The notes beneath the pieces are model-generated. The model did not search any database. It was not told the DNA's origin and worked only from the letters and a program-made list of their open reading frames with translations. A program made the translations under genes and the position numbers. This document shows, in pieces, positions 48,848-59,681 of a stretch of 61,401 nt of DNA (within the stretch, counting starts at the first letter, position 1; the number at the start of each line of letters is the position of its first letter). The stretch covers positions 1 to 61,401 of IMG/VR virus record IMGVR_UViG_3300036805_000115; one strand, 5' to 3'. The DNA comes from a virus. Lineage: Duplodnaviria > Caudoviricetes.

Positions 48848-50044
48848 TTACTCGGCCTCCCCATCGTCATCGAACATCGACTCCAGGGCCGCCGCGGACG
48901 CGGCGTTCGCGATCCGCTTCGGCCGGTAGTGTCGCTCCACAACCTCCGGCGTGTTGCCCAACTGGTCGGCGATGGCGTTGTTCGACAGCCCTGCCTCGTC
49001 CAGGACATGGCTCACCGTCTTGCGCCACACGTGCGCCGTGACCCAGTCGAAGCCGCACTCGTTCATCGCGAGCCGGATCCGCTTGTTCGTGTTCCGCGGA
49101 TCGAGCCAGCCGCCCGTCCCCGACGGAAACAGCGGCCCACCTCTCGCGGCGAGCCTTCCCCACATCGGCACCGACCAGTTCGGCACCGCCAGCAGCAGCG
49201 GCGGCTGGCGGCCCTTGCGTCCAGGGAACCGCAAGAGGCCGGCGCCCTTCTGTCGCACAATGTGGTGTCTGATGTGGACGGTTTGCGTCATCGTGTCGAC
49301 GTCGTCACCGTCGAGGGCCAGTAGCTCTCCCAATCGCACGCCAGTGGCGAGCATGGCCCGCACCAGGTCGGGCAGCTGGCGCCATACGTCCGCTCGCGTC
49401 CCCAGGGAGCGTCCCCGCTTATCCGCTGCGCGCTCGACCGCGAACGCCTCAAGCCTCTCCAGGAGGTCGTCGCGCTGTTCGCGAGTCATCGCCTTGACCT
49501 CGCGCTGCTCCTGGCGGGTCAACTGCGCCAGCGACTTCACCGGGTTCGCGTCCATCGCGCCGAACCGCACCGCATATCCACACACCGACGACAGCACCGA
49601 CTTCACCGACGCCGCCGTGGGGTAGCTCTTCTCGAGCGCCTTCTTCACCAGCCTGTCGCAAGCGAAGGCGCGAAGCTCCCTTGCCTGAAGCTGGCCGATG
49701 GCGGGTTTGATCCACAGCCGGATGTAGCGCTCGTACGTTTCGGCCGTCGTCGGCGACTTCTTGTTCAATCGCTGGCTTTCGGCGAAGTCCGCGATCCACA
49801 GGTCGCAGATCCGCGCCATGCGGGTCTCAGACTTGATCTCCTGGCTGCGGATCTCGTCCGCCATGTCCCGCAGCGCTTCCTTGAGCCGGTCTTCGGCGGC
49901 CGTCTTCGTCGGGCCGCGGCGGCCCACCGGTTTGTAGGCGCCGTCGACCATGCGGAAGCGGGTAAACGCTTCCCAGGTCTTGGGGGCGACACGCTTGGTT
50001 TTGATTCTGCCGTAGGTGCCGACGGGGGTGGGTGGTCGTCCCAT
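48848..50044 (-). CDS. int: Tyrosine integrase
   Basis: ATGVRLGELLAL (R), HVWRKT (HxxR), QLGN...HY (Tyr). Confidence 0.95.
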   Translation of the reverse strand: MGRPPTPVGTYGRIKTKRVAPKTWEAFTRFRMVDGAYKPVGRRGPTKTAAEDRLKEALRDMADEIRSQEIKSETRMARICDLWIADFAESQRLNKKSPTTAETYERYIRLWIKPAIGQLQARELRAFACDRLVKKALEKSYPTAASVKSVLSSVCGYAVRFGAMDANPVKSLAQLTRQEQREVKAMTREQRDDLLERLEAFAVERAADKRGRSLGTRADVWRQLPDLVRAMLATGVRLGELLALDGDDVDTMTQTVHIRHHIVRQKGAGLLRFPGRKGRQPPLLLAVPNWSVPMWGRLAARGGPLFPSGTGGWLDPRNTNKRIRLAMNECGFDWVTAHVWRKTVSHVLDEAGLSNNAIADQLGNTPEVVERHYRPKRIANAASAAALESMFDDDGEAE

Positions 50045-50140
50045 GTGTCGAGTCCTCCGTTTCAGCACGAGTATGCTCGCCGGTTTGCGAAATCGAGGGA
50101 AGAGCGGGGCTGCGCAGGGTCCGGACGCGCGCCCTCGCGT

Positions 50141-50515
50141 CTATCGTCGATCGCGGATATCGGGAAGGAAGCTGATCGTTTCGGTATCGGCTCTGCGGAG
50201 TTTCGGGATGGCCCACTCCACGAGATCCTCGGTGTTGCGGTCGTCGATACGGCGGTGCACCTCGCCGAAGCGCACATCGACGCGTTTGGCAAGCAGCCGG
50301 GACCATGCGAACCCGGCGGCGGCGAGCGCGATGATGACGATGGTCGCGACCTGCCAGTTGGGGATCGCTTCGGGTGCGATCATCGCCAGATAGATGATGA
50401 AGCTGCTGAGGATGCTAATGGTCCCCGGCAGGACGTACGCCTCACCGCCTAGTCGCACCGGATCTTCATTGTCATGATGAGGGCTCCCCGTAACACTGCT
50501 CCGTTGCATGTTCAC
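50141..50515 (-). CDS. Two-TM membrane protein between repressor and integrase
   Basis: Two hydrophobic helices; lies in the lysogeny operon. Confidence 0.55.
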   Translation of the reverse strand: MNMQRSSVTGSPHHDNEDPVRLGGEAYVLPGTISILSSFIIYLAMIAPEAIPNWQVATIVIIALAAAGFAWSRLLAKRVDVRFGEVHRRIDDRNTEDLVEWAIPKLRRADTETISFLPDIRDRR

Positions 50516-50635
50516 TCACTTGCTGTTGGTTAGTCACTCCATGTGTGGTGGTGACGTTGGTCCCCCGGTAGATCGTTGATCCACACTCGGTCGTTAATGG
50601 TCCAGTAGCTTTCGGACAGTTGCACCCGGCAAATT

Positions 50636-51076
50636 TCACCCGGACGCAGCATTTTCTCCCCCGCTGGGGTTAGCAGGGTGCCCTCCTCGCGGGTTAGCCC
50701 GATTGACCCAATCTATGAATCCCTGCGGGCCGAGTTCCCGCGCCAGAAGGCGAAGCTGGTCCTTCGTGTAAACCTGTTCACCGTGGACATACGACTCGGT
50801 TTCCGCCTGCTCGGCGGGGTTGTCGGTGAGGGTCTTTAGCTCTCCACTGAGGACACGCTGCATCCTTCCAAGTGGAATGTGCAAGGCGAGTTCGATCTGG
50901 TTGTAGATCGACTCCGAGAACCTCTTCTTGCCGCGCTCGATCTCGTACATGGTGGTACGGCCAACGCCTGCCACTTCTGCCAGATCGTCTGCGTTCTTGA
51001 ACGTCGGCCTGCGCAGGTTCCTGATGAGGACGCCCAGGCGTTTCCGCCGGGCCTCCTGCGTCTCCTCGTGCTCCAC
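50636..51076 (-). CDS. Immunity repressor (XRE/Cro-C1 HTH)
   Basis: LGVLIRNLR...DDLAEVAGVGRTTMYEIERG; divergent from the early lytic genes. Confidence 0.8.
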   Translation of the reverse strand: MEHEETQEARRKRLGVLIRNLRRPTFKNADDLAEVAGVGRTTMYEIERGKKRFSESIYNQIELALHIPLGRMQRVLSGELKTLTDNPAEQAETESYVHGEQVYTKDQLRLLARELGPQGFIDWVNRANPRGGHPANPSGGENAASG

Positions 51077-51129
51077 ACCAGAACAGTGGACTGGCCTAGG
51101 CCTATGGCGCAAACGCGCCCGACCAGCAC

Positions 51130-51275
51130 CTTTGACACTTCTGACAGTTCTGTCCACAGGCAAAAGTGTACATCTTGCACTGACAGTCCTGTCACTACGC
51201 CATTCGATGACAGTTACCGAACCGTTGCTTGGCATATTTGACACTTTTGGCAGATTCGACATAGAGTCCTGTCAT
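51130..51275. promoter_or_regulatory. Lysis/lysogeny switch operators
   Basis: Repeated TGACA/TGTCA boxes, e.g. CTGACAGTTCTGTC, CTGACAGTCCTGTCA, and TTGACACTT twice. Confidence 0.6.
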
Positions 51276-51540
51276 GCCGATCGCGAAGCCCCGCAAAGGC
51301 GAGCGGCCCCCGACAAAGCCGCAACCCGCGAAGGCTCCCGACCCCAAGCGACCAGTACGGAACGGTGACTAATGACCGACCAAGCCGGATACAGACGGGC
51401 ACTTCGAGTCCGCAAGGGCAGCCAGAAGACCCTCCCGATCCCGGTGGCCGTCCTCGCGCAGCTCGTCGCCGAGCGAGCGCCACGCGTCCTGGTCGAACAC
51501 CTCGGAGGCGAAATGGTCCAGGCGATCAAGGATGCCCCGA

Positions 51541-51744
51541 ATGTCTGACCCCACCGACGAAGGCCGCGACGCCTACCGCACCGAGGAAGCCGCCAAACGG
51601 CTCGGCATCTCCTACGACACCCTCATGCGCCTCATCAGGGCCGGGAAGCTCGGCGCCGTCACCACCGGCAAGCGCTACGTCGTCCCCGCGCAGGAGATCC
51701 AGCGGTTCCTCGCGCCAGCAGTGAAGACGGAGACCACGGCATGA
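51541..51744 (+). CDS. Excisionase-like HTH protein
   Basis: AYRTEEAAKRLGISYDTLMRLIRAGKL.A...G.RYVVP. Confidence 0.8.
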   Translation: MSDPTDEGRDAYRTEEAAKRLGISYDTLMRLIRAGKLGAVTTGKRYVVPAQEIQRFLAPAVKTETTA

Positions 51745-52607
51745 CGCAGCTCGAATTCGCCGGCGCCGAACTGGAGCCGATGCCGCGAACCGACCGGGAT
51801 CGCTTCGGTGACCGGGTCGACGTGCTCGACAAGGTCAAGGCGCTCCGGCTGCTGCCGGACCGGGTACATGTGACGCTCGAGCTCGTCGCGAACTACTACG
51901 AGGTGCCCGCCGACGCGATCGAAGCGTGTCTGCGAGACAACCGGGCTGAGCTCGAAAGCAACGGGTACGAAGCCCTTGCGGGCGAACGACTCTCCGCCTT
52001 CAAGGCGGAATGTGGCTACCAGTCACGGGCGCCGCGGCTCGGCGTCTTCAACCGGCGGGCCGTCATGCGTGTCGGATTCCTGCTCCGCGACTCGGCCGTT
52101 GCCCGCGACGTCCGCGACGCTGTTCAGGACAGCTACGAAACCCCGGCGCGGATCGCGTTCGACCCGACGGACCTCGATTCGCTTGAGCGGTTGACCGTGG
52201 CCGCGACGGCCGCGATCTCGATGGCCCGGCAGGAAAAGCGGCGCGCCGAGCTGGCGGAGGCGAAGGTCGCGGAGCTCGAGCCGAAGGCGGATCTGGCGGA
52301 CACGTTCCTGATCGCCGACGGTTCCACGCGCCTGGTTCGCGAGGCCGCGAAGTTGCTGGGCTTGAAGGAGCGGGACCTGCGCCGGTTCCTGCTGGACGAG
52401 CGGCTGATTTTCCCGAAGCACGCGCAGTGCGGGGTCGTGTCCTACGACTTCTACGCCAAGTTCGCGCACTACTTCGTGGCGAAAGAGAAGGTCATCGATC
52501 ACACGTGGGGCAGCTGTAGCCACTACACGCTGCGGATCACCGCTCGGGGGATCGAGCTGATCAAGAACCGGCTGGCTCGCCAGGTCGCCATACGAGCCCC
52601 CCAGTAA
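51741..52607 (+). CDS. Antirepressor (C-terminal ANT/KilAC-like domain)
   Basis: KVAELEPKA..AD.F...VREAAKLLG..E..L..FL...T..ITARG. Confidence 0.85.
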   Translation: MTQLEFAGAELEPMPRTDRDRFGDRVDVLDKVKALRLLPDRVHVTLELVANYYEVPADAIEACLRDNRAELESNGYEALAGERLSAFKAECGYQSRAPRLGVFNRRAVMRVGFLLRDSAVARDVRDAVQDSYETPARIAFDPTDLDSLERLTVAATAAISMARQEKRRAELAEAKVAELEPKADLADTFLIADGSTRLVREAAKLLGLKERDLRRFLLDERLIFPKHAQCGVVSYDFYAKFAHYFVAKEKVIDHTWGSCSHYTLRITARGIELIKNRLARQVAIRAPQ

Positions 52608-53084
52608 ATGGGTCGGCCCGGGGGAGATGTCCACCAAGACGCCCCGGGCCGGGCCCAGCCACTCACTCACGGAAGGAGCAGCTAGTGGCCAGGCACAAGA
52701 AGGGTACCAAGCCCGCGCGAGAGGTGCGGGTGCTCGACGAGGCACACGGGTTCGGGCACGTGGAGCCGATGCCCCGGCATCTGATTGAGGAGCAGGCGGA
52801 GTCGGACTTCGCGGCGCGGGGCACCGACTACGAGGGCCGTCACCGCAAGTCCGATGTGGACGACGACGAGGTCGTCGCGGCGCTGGAAGGGGTGGCGGCG
52901 TGAAGCTCAAGACCGGTAAGCGGTTCCGCAAGGTGCAGCTGCACAGGTTCGACGACGCGGGTATGCGGCGGTTCTACCGCTGGGCCGAGCACAGCATGTA
53001 CGACCGGGTGCGTTTCCGGGGCCGGGACACCATCGGCCGTGGTCTGATCCCGGCGTCGAAGGCTGGCCGTGGGCGGTGGCGTCG

Positions 53085-53483
53085 ATGACCGAGTACCTGA
53101 TCGCCTACACCGGGCCACGTGGCGGGCCGCGCCGTTTCAAGGCCATCGAGGCGGACACCGCGCAGGAAGCCCGCGACAAGTTCGTGGATACGGGCAAGGG
53201 TTTCGTCAAGGACGTGTACGCCCCAGTCCCGCGCGATCGGTTCGGCACCTTCGAAGACCCCGCCAAGGTCTCCGATCAACAACTGCGGCAGTGGGACGAA
53301 GCTGCACGGGAGACCCGCGACGAGTACGCCGCGAAGTGTCAGGCTGCCGAACCCGGCGACGTCATGATCTCCCGGTACCGGACACAGGAGTCGTACTACA
53401 GCTCGGTCCTGACTGCTCTGCACATCTGGACTGACGGCGCCTACGGCCAGTCCCTGGAGCAGCAGCGGGGTGAGCAGCCGTGA
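53085..53483 (+). CDS. Hypothetical protein (LHxxxDGAYGQ family)
   Basis: C-terminus resembles that of 54147..54368. Confidence 0.55.
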   Translation: MTEYLIAYTGPRGGPRRFKAIEADTAQEARDKFVDTGKGFVKDVYAPVPRDRFGTFEDPAKVSDQQLRQWDEAARETRDEYAAKCQAAEPGDVMISRYRTQESYYSSVLTALHIWTDGAYGQSLEQQRGEQP

Positions 53484-54146
53484 CGCGACGCATCCTCAGG
53501 TACCCACTCGAACCCCGGGACGAGCAGATCCTCCTGCTCCCGGAGGGCGCGCAGATCCTCGACGCGCAGTGGCAGCAGATCGCGCTGTGCGTCTGGGCGC
53601 TGGTCGATCCCGAGGAGACGAGGGTCGACGACCGGCAGATCGTGATCGTCGGCACCGGCGAGACGGTCCCCGAGGGCGACCTGCGGTTCATCGCCACAGT
53701 GCAGGAGCCAGGCTCGGTCCCGTTCGTGTGGCACGTATTTGAGGTGACGGCATGAGCCGCGATCACCGCAGCCTCTACAGCGCCACCGAGATCTTGGCGC
53801 TACACAACGTGCCGATCCTGCCCGGTGGACGCCTCCGCGACGTCCCGCGCCGCCTGGCCGGGATGGACACCGTGATCATCGAAGCGCTGAAACCGCCGCC
53901 CTGGGACACGATCCCGGCCAGCGTCCTGGACCTAGTGCAGGAACTGGACCGGCTCGGCGCGGACGTGGTCGTGAGGCCGGACATCCACGAGCAGGGCCCC
54001 TGCGAGCGCTGCCAGGTGATGGGCGCAGTCGCGAACGTCCGGATCTACGACGGCGGCCTGGACTACGACCTGACGTGTCGTGGCTGCGCGCCGGCCCGGG
54101 TCGGGCTGTGCGTATCGGGCCGTGTCGAGGTCGAGGTGTGTGCGGG

Positions 54147-54368
54147 ATGACCGAGGCACGCATGACCCACGAACAGATCGAGCACCTGGCGGCGACTTTC
54201 GCGGCACTGCGGGACAGCGCGGCCAGATGGGCGGACAAGTACCCCGCCTCGCGCGAGGAGTACCTGAACCGGTCCGAGGCGTATGGCGGGGCGCTGCATG
54301 TGCTTCACGTCCACAGCGACGGCGCCTACGGGCAGACGGTTTCCGAGCAGCAGAAAGAAGCTTCGTGA
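54147..54368 (+). CDS. Hypothetical protein (LHxxxDGAYGQ family)
   Basis: ALHVLHVHSDGAYGQ. Confidence 0.55.
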   Translation: MTEARMTHEQIEHLAATFAALRDSAARWADKYPASREEYLNRSEAYGGALHVLHVHSDGAYGQTVSEQQKEAS

Positions 54369-54755
54369 TGTATGTGTCCACCTTCGGTTCCGAAACCGTT
54401 ACCGGTGTCGTCCGCAATTTCGACTGGTCCGCTGTTGGCTGGATCGTCGTCATCGTCGCTGTGGCCCTGATCGGCACTGCGGCCCTGGTGTCTTCCCGTA
54501 AGGGAGGCCGCAAATGAACAAGATCGTGAAGTACTCCCTGGCCGGTGCCGCCGGGCTCATCGTGGCCGGTGTCATCGCCGGGGCAGTGTCCGGTGACAGC
54601 AAACCGCAGCAGCAGATGGGTCCGGTGGGTTCGGTCGTGGCGAGCGTCGCCGCCCCTGCCCACCAGGCCCTGGCGCCCGTCGGTCAAGCTGCCGCCGGAC
54701 TGGCCACTTCGTTCAGCGACCCCGGCACCGGGGCGCATGCCAAGGGCGGTACGTC

Positions 54756-55130
54756 ATGACCGACACCGTGACCGTCCACATCCCCGCAGGGGTCGGCTCC
54801 TGCATGAAAGGCAGCGTGTTCGCCACGTTCCTGTGGCGGGCCGACGAACCATTGCGGGTCGCCCTGGCGTTCGCCACCGGGTTCCGCTGGATCATCGAGC
54901 GCGACGTCCTCGCTGGGGGGTTGCGCCGTCAGGTTGGCGACCCCCGATATGACCAGTTCCTGATCCAGCCCGCCACCGCCGGGATCGTCATCCACGACAT
55001 CGCCACCGGCGTGATGCTGGTATTCGACCGGGAAGCCCTGCGGGACGCGCTCCTCAAATCGGCGCGCATCGATCCGATCGGGTTCGTGGACATCGAGGAC
55101 ACCCTCGGAACAGTCGAGGGGGTCCGATGA
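54756..55130 (+). CDS. SsgA-like (SALP) protein
   Basis: W.ADEPLRV.L.F...RWIIERDVLAGGL...VG....REAL..L..S...P.G follows the SALP pattern; divergent. Confidence 0.55.
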   Translation: MTDTVTVHIPAGVGSCMKGSVFATFLWRADEPLRVALAFATGFRWIIERDVLAGGLRRQVGDPRYDQFLIQPATAGIVIHDIATGVMLVFDREALRDALLKSARIDPIGFVDIEDTLGTVEGVR

Positions 55131-55425
55131 TCCACGAGGTCCGCGAGTCCCCGGAGGGCGTGCTCGCCATCTACGACATCCGCTTCTACGGCGGCAAAAA
55201 CCGTCCCTGGTCCGTTCTATGGACCCCGCCCGGCCACCGCGCCCACTGGCCCACCCAGTCCCTCGCCCAGCAGGAAGTCGCGACCTGGGCCGTCATGCAC
55301 GCCGAACACCGCAAGCCCGGGACTGTCCCGTGTGGCCAGCCCGATGTGCGTTGCGGCGCGCTCGGCGGCGGCGCCCGGTGCGGCGGATGCCGCGAACGCA
55401 CCCACGCCACGGAAGGAACACCAGC

Positions 55426-56214
55426 GTGACCCCGCCAAAACGCGGCATCGAACGCGTCGAATACCCCAACTACCACAGATACAAAATCGACGGCCGGTGG
55501 GCCATCGGCGTCACCACCGCACTCAAGGGCATCCCCAAGGACGATGCCCTCAAACGGTGGGCCGCCCGGCTCGTCGCCGAATACGCCGTCGACAACCTCG
55601 ACCGAGTTCGCGCGATGATCGCCGAGACCAGCCCCGCGTTCGCCGCGAACTACCTCAAGGAACTCCCCAACGAGCGCCGCGACAGCGCAGCGATCCGCGG
55701 GACCGAGGTCCACGGCCTCGCCGAGAAGTACATCCGCAACGAGGAAATCGAAGTCCCCGAACACCTCTACCCCTACGTCGAGGGGTACGCGGCGTTCATC
55801 CAGGACTACCAGCCGACCTCGCTGCATGAGGAGCTGGTCGTGGCCTCGCGGGAGCACATGATCGCTGGGACTCTCGACTCCATCCAGGACATCCCCAGCC
55901 TGGGCAGGTGCTTGGTCGACTACAAGACCTCGAACCGGGTCTACGGCCAGCATGCCCTGCAGGTCGCGGCATACCGATGGATGGAGGTCTACCTCGACGA
56001 CGAGGGCACCGAGCGCCAGATGATCCCGGTGGAGAAGTGCTTCATCCTCCACATCAAGCCACATGACTACGAGCTCATCCCGGCCCAGGCCGACGAGGTG
56101 GCGTTCGCGAAGTTCTTGACAGCCAAGGACAACTACCTCCAAAACGTCCAGTCCAACAAGCTGGACAAGCTCCTCGGTGCCGCGCTCGACCCGCCGGCGA
56201 GGGAGTTCGCGTGA
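55426..56214 (+). CDS. PD-(D/E)XK exonuclease (RecE/Cas4-like recombination nuclease)
   Basis: GVTT.L, AAIRGTEVH, AGTLD...LVDYKT...LQVAAY. Confidence 0.85.
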   Translation: MTPPKRGIERVEYPNYHRYKIDGRWAIGVTTALKGIPKDDALKRWAARLVAEYAVDNLDRVRAMIAETSPAFAANYLKELPNERRDSAAIRGTEVHGLAEKYIRNEEIEVPEHLYPYVEGYAAFIQDYQPTSLHEELVVASREHMIAGTLDSIQDIPSLGRCLVDYKTSNRVYGQHALQVAAYRWMEVYLDDEGTERQMIPVEKCFILHIKPHDYELIPAQADEVAFAKFLTAKDNYLQNVQSNKLDKLLGAALDPPAREFA

Positions 56215-56846
56215 ACGTCCACGAGGCACTGATTCAGGTGCGCAAAGAGGTCGGCGGGATCGCCAAGGCCGACCGCAACACGTCGCAGAACTTCTTCTTC
56301 CGGGGAATTGACGCGATCCTCAACAAGGTCGGACCGGCGATGGTGGATCAGGGAGTGAACTGCTACCCGGATCTCAAGTCCCTCGACTCGCGGGATGTTG
56401 TGACCGGCAAGGGCACGAAGATGCGCGAGGTCACCCTCTGGGTGTCCTACCGATACGTCGGGCCCGAGGGTGACGACGTTGTGATCACGGTGCCAGGGGA
56501 AGCGTCGGACGCCGGGGACAAGGCGGTGTCGAAGGCGATGTCCGTCGCGCTGCGCACCGCGCACCTGCAGGCGTTGCAGATCCCGACTCGCGAGGCCGAC
56601 CCGGATAAGCATTCGATGACCCGCGGCGTCGACCCGTTGACGAAGGTCAAGAACGACATCTGGGCAGAGGCGCGCAAGCAGGGGTGGATCACCCAGGGCG
56701 AGAACGGTGAGGAGTACCAGCAACTTCACGACGACTATGCCCTGTGGAGCCAGGGGGGCGACATCGCCGAAGCCGAGCTGGAGATGTTGAAGAAGTACCT
56801 CGGCCACCTACTGCCGAAGCGGACGATGAAGCGGGGTGACTCGTGA
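56211..56846 (+). CDS. ERF-family single-strand annealing protein
   Basis: IAK..RN..QNF.FRGID...GEASDAGDKAVSKAMS.A. Confidence 0.85.
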   Translation: MNVHEALIQVRKEVGGIAKADRNTSQNFFFRGIDAILNKVGPAMVDQGVNCYPDLKSLDSRDVVTGKGTKMREVTLWVSYRYVGPEGDDVVITVPGEASDAGDKAVSKAMSVALRTAHLQALQIPTREADPDKHSMTRGVDPLTKVKNDIWAEARKQGWITQGENGEEYQQLHDDYALWSQGGDIAEAELEMLKKYLGHLLPKRTMKRGDS

Positions 56847-57199
56847 GCGAGTTGACCCCGAACCAGGTTGCAGCCCAGCTGGCGAAGCTGGCCCGTGAAC
56901 TGGATGACCTGGTGGCCGCGATCGACGACGCGGAGAAGCGCGCCGTGAACGCCCGCGAGGACTTCACGATGGCCTACGCCCGGGCGTTCCTCACCGCCGA
57001 GGGTTCGATGGAGGTCCGGAAACACAAGGCCACCGAAGACACCCACGACGCCCGGATCGGTGCGGAGCTGGCCGAGCAGATCGTGAAGGGTGTCCGCCGG
57101 CAGATCGACACGGTAAAGATCCGGATCGACGTGGGCCGCTCCCTGGGTGCCGCGCTGCGGGCGGAGATCGGTCTTTCGCAGTCGGGATACCAGCCGTGA
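56843..57199 (+). CDS. Conserved actinophage coiled-coil protein
   Basis: ID.GRSLGAALRAE C-terminus; follows ERF. Confidence 0.6.
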   Translation: MSELTPNQVAAQLAKLARELDDLVAAIDDAEKRAVNAREDFTMAYARAFLTAEGSMEVRKHKATEDTHDARIGAELAEQIVKGVRRQIDTVKIRIDVGRSLGAALRAEIGLSQSGYQP

Positions 57200-57522
57200 G
57201 CGAAACAATGTGCCGGAAGGTCGTCCGGGCCCGCTCAGGCGGGACCTGCGAGGTGTGCGGGAAACGCCCCGGTGAGTCGATGCATCACCGCAAGAACCGT
57301 TCCCAGGGCGGGAAATGGACCCCAGGAAACATCCTGCACACATGTGGCGATGGTGTCCGCCTGTGTCATGGGTGGATCACTGAACATCCCGCGCTGGCGC
57401 ACTCGTCGGGGCACGCCGTGAAGTCCTGGGAAGACCCGCTTGAGGTGCCCGTGGTCCTCCATCACGGCCTTGTCCTGTTGGACGACGCCGGTTCTTTCAC
57501 CCCTGCCTTGGAGTTGTCATGA
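57196..57522 (+). CDS. HNH endonuclease
   Basis: CEVCG...HHRKNRSQGG...N...C....CHGWI. Confidence 0.85.
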   Translation: MSETMCRKVVRARSGGTCEVCGKRPGESMHHRKNRSQGGKWTPGNILHTCGDGVRLCHGWITEHPALAHSSGHAVKSWEDPLEVPVVLHHGLVLLDDAGSFTPALELS

Positions 57523-57643
57523 CGTCCTTCACCCCATCCACAAACCAGGTACCGGCCGGTTGGCTACTGGCCACGATCGGCGCGCTCGCACTCCTGGCCC
57601 TGCTGTTGGGGTACGGCGTGCCCCTACTCCTCGGGGGTGCGAT

Positions 57644-58612
57644 GTGAGCACAAAGATCGAGTGGACAGACGAAAGTTGGAATCCGATCACCGGGTGCACG
57701 AAGGTCTCGCCCGGCTGCGATCACTGCTACGCGGAGACGCTCTACAACCGGTTCAACGGGCCGGGCGCGTTTGACACGGTGACGCTGCACCCGGACCGGC
57801 TGACGAAACCGCTGTCGTGGCGGAAGCTGCGGAAGGTGTTCGTCAACTCCATGTCCGACCTGTTCCACAAGGACGTGCCCGACGAGTACATCCTCGACGC
57901 GTGGAAGGTGATGGCGCGGACGCCGCAGCACACCTACCAGATCCTCACCAAGCGGCACGCACGAATGCGCGCGTTCGTCCGCCGCCTGGCGTTTGCTGGA
58001 CCGACCCGCGAGGAGCGCGCGGCGGGCATCGCCGGACGTGTCCCCTACCTGTTCGCAAGCGGCGACGAGAACCAGCGGATGGGTGCAGTGCATCCACTCG
58101 CCAACGTGTGGCTCGGGGTGAGCGTGGAGGACCAGCAGCGTGCCGACCTTCGCATCCCAGCGCTGCTCGACACCCCGGCGGCCGTGCGGTTCCTGTCCTG
58201 CGAACCGCTGCTCGGGCCGGTCGACCTGACAAGCATCCGAGCCGTCGATTGGGTCATCTGCGGCGGCGAGTCTGGACCCGGTGCACGGCCGATGCACCCC
58301 GAGTGGGCCCGCGCTCTTCGGGATCAGTGCCAGCAGGCCGGGGTGCCATTCCACTTCAAGCAGTGGGGACAGTTCCAGCCGCAGTTCGTGCAGCGCTACA
58401 GCGAACTGCTGGCGTTCTCGGACCCCAGTCGCGGATGTGTCATCGAGCCCGACGCCCGAATCTCCGCCGCGTGGACGATGTCCGGCCGCGACCTTCGCGA
58501 CGACGGCGTCACGCCGCGCGGTGTGCCCATGCTCAACGTCGGCAAGGGGCGGGCAGGCCGCGTCCTTGACGGTCGCACCTGGGACGAGTTTCCCAGGGGT
58601 GGTGCAGCGTGA
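57644..58612 (+). CDS. Phage Gp37/Gp68 (DUF5131) radical-SAM-like protein
   Basis: KIEWTDESWNPITGCTKVSPGCDHCYA, FVNSMSDLFH, WVICGGESG, FKQWG. Confidence 0.92.
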   Translation: MSTKIEWTDESWNPITGCTKVSPGCDHCYAETLYNRFNGPGAFDTVTLHPDRLTKPLSWRKLRKVFVNSMSDLFHKDVPDEYILDAWKVMARTPQHTYQILTKRHARMRAFVRRLAFAGPTREERAAGIAGRVPYLFASGDENQRMGAVHPLANVWLGVSVEDQQRADLRIPALLDTPAAVRFLSCEPLLGPVDLTSIRAVDWVICGGESGPGARPMHPEWARALRDQCQQAGVPFHFKQWGQFQPQFVQRYSELLAFSDPSRGCVIEPDARISAAWTMSGRDLRDDGVTPRGVPMLNVGKGRAGRVLDGRTWDEFPRGGAA

Positions 58613-58871
58613 CCGCCCCTTCTCGCCCGATCGTCCGCGCTGGCACGCGGCGAGGCCCGTCCGCGCCACTGGCCCGCCGAGAGCAGCCCGCAGCCTTCCC
58701 GCTCGTGACCGTCGACGAAAGCCCCGCACAGTCCCGATGGGGGCGCCTGTGGGACCTGCTGGTCGACCTCGCACTCGGCTTCGGCATGGCCTCCCTGATC
58801 GTCGTCGCCGGGTTGATCGTCGCGCTGCTCGGGGTTTTGTGGCTGCTACACCAGACAGGGGCGTGGTGACG

Positions 58872-59270
58872 ATGCTGGCCCTGGCCCTCCTCGCGCATCT
58901 CGTCGGCGACTACCTCATCCAGTCGGACTGGATGGCCACGGAGAAGACGAAACGCTGGTGGCCCGCGATCGCGCATGCCGTCACCTACGGCATCCCGTTC
59001 GCGTTCCTGGCCCCGAGCATCTCGGCGTGGCTGGTCATCGTGATCACCCACGCCGTGATCGACCACTATCGCCTGGCCCGACATGTTGTGTGGGTCAAGA
59101 ACTTCCTTGGCCCGCGCCGCACATGGCGCTCGTGGGAAGAGTGCAAAGCGACTGGCTATCCGGCCGACCGTCCAGTGTGGCTCACCACTTGGCTGATGAT
59201 CATCGCCGACAACACGATCCACCTGCTCATCAACACCGCCGCGATCGTGCTGCTGGGAGGCCTGCCGTGA
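58872..59270 (+). CDS. DUF3307 membrane protein
   Basis: AHLVGDYLIQSDWMA..K...H...THAVID...DNTIH. Confidence 0.85.
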   Translation: MLALALLAHLVGDYLIQSDWMATEKTKRWWPAIAHAVTYGIPFAFLAPSISAWLVIVITHAVIDHYRLARHVVWVKNFLGPRRTWRSWEECKATGYPADRPVWLTTWLMIIADNTIHLLINTAAIVLLGGLP

Positions 59271-59681
59271 ACAACCTCCCGGGCGCTTTCGCCACCGGCT
59301 TCTACAACGCCTCCACCGTCTTCCTCTTCGCCCATGCCTTCATGCCCATCACCCCACTTGTGGTCGCCGCCGATGTCACCGCCCGCTGGGGCGATCGGTT
59401 CATGGCAGCCCAGCAGCGTGCCGACTCCACTCGCGGTATCGAACCGTGGGGAAAGGACCAGCAATGACCACCGAGACCAAGGCACTCCCGGAGCGTCACC
59501 GCCAGGCACGCAACATCAACGAGGGCATGGAGGTGTGGGATGGCACGCAGGAGCGGTGGATCGAGGTCACCTCTGCGCTGCACATCCTGTCCCCGATGGC
59601 GGTATCCACGTTCACGCTGGCCGACGGACGCGAGTTGTCGGGACACCCCAACACAAAGATCATGACCCGACGGTTGGCGTC

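Noticed and set aside
55426-56214. Cas4 as part of a CRISPR system
   Set aside because: No Fe-S cysteine cluster is evident and it is paired with ERF, as expected for a phage recombination exonuclease.
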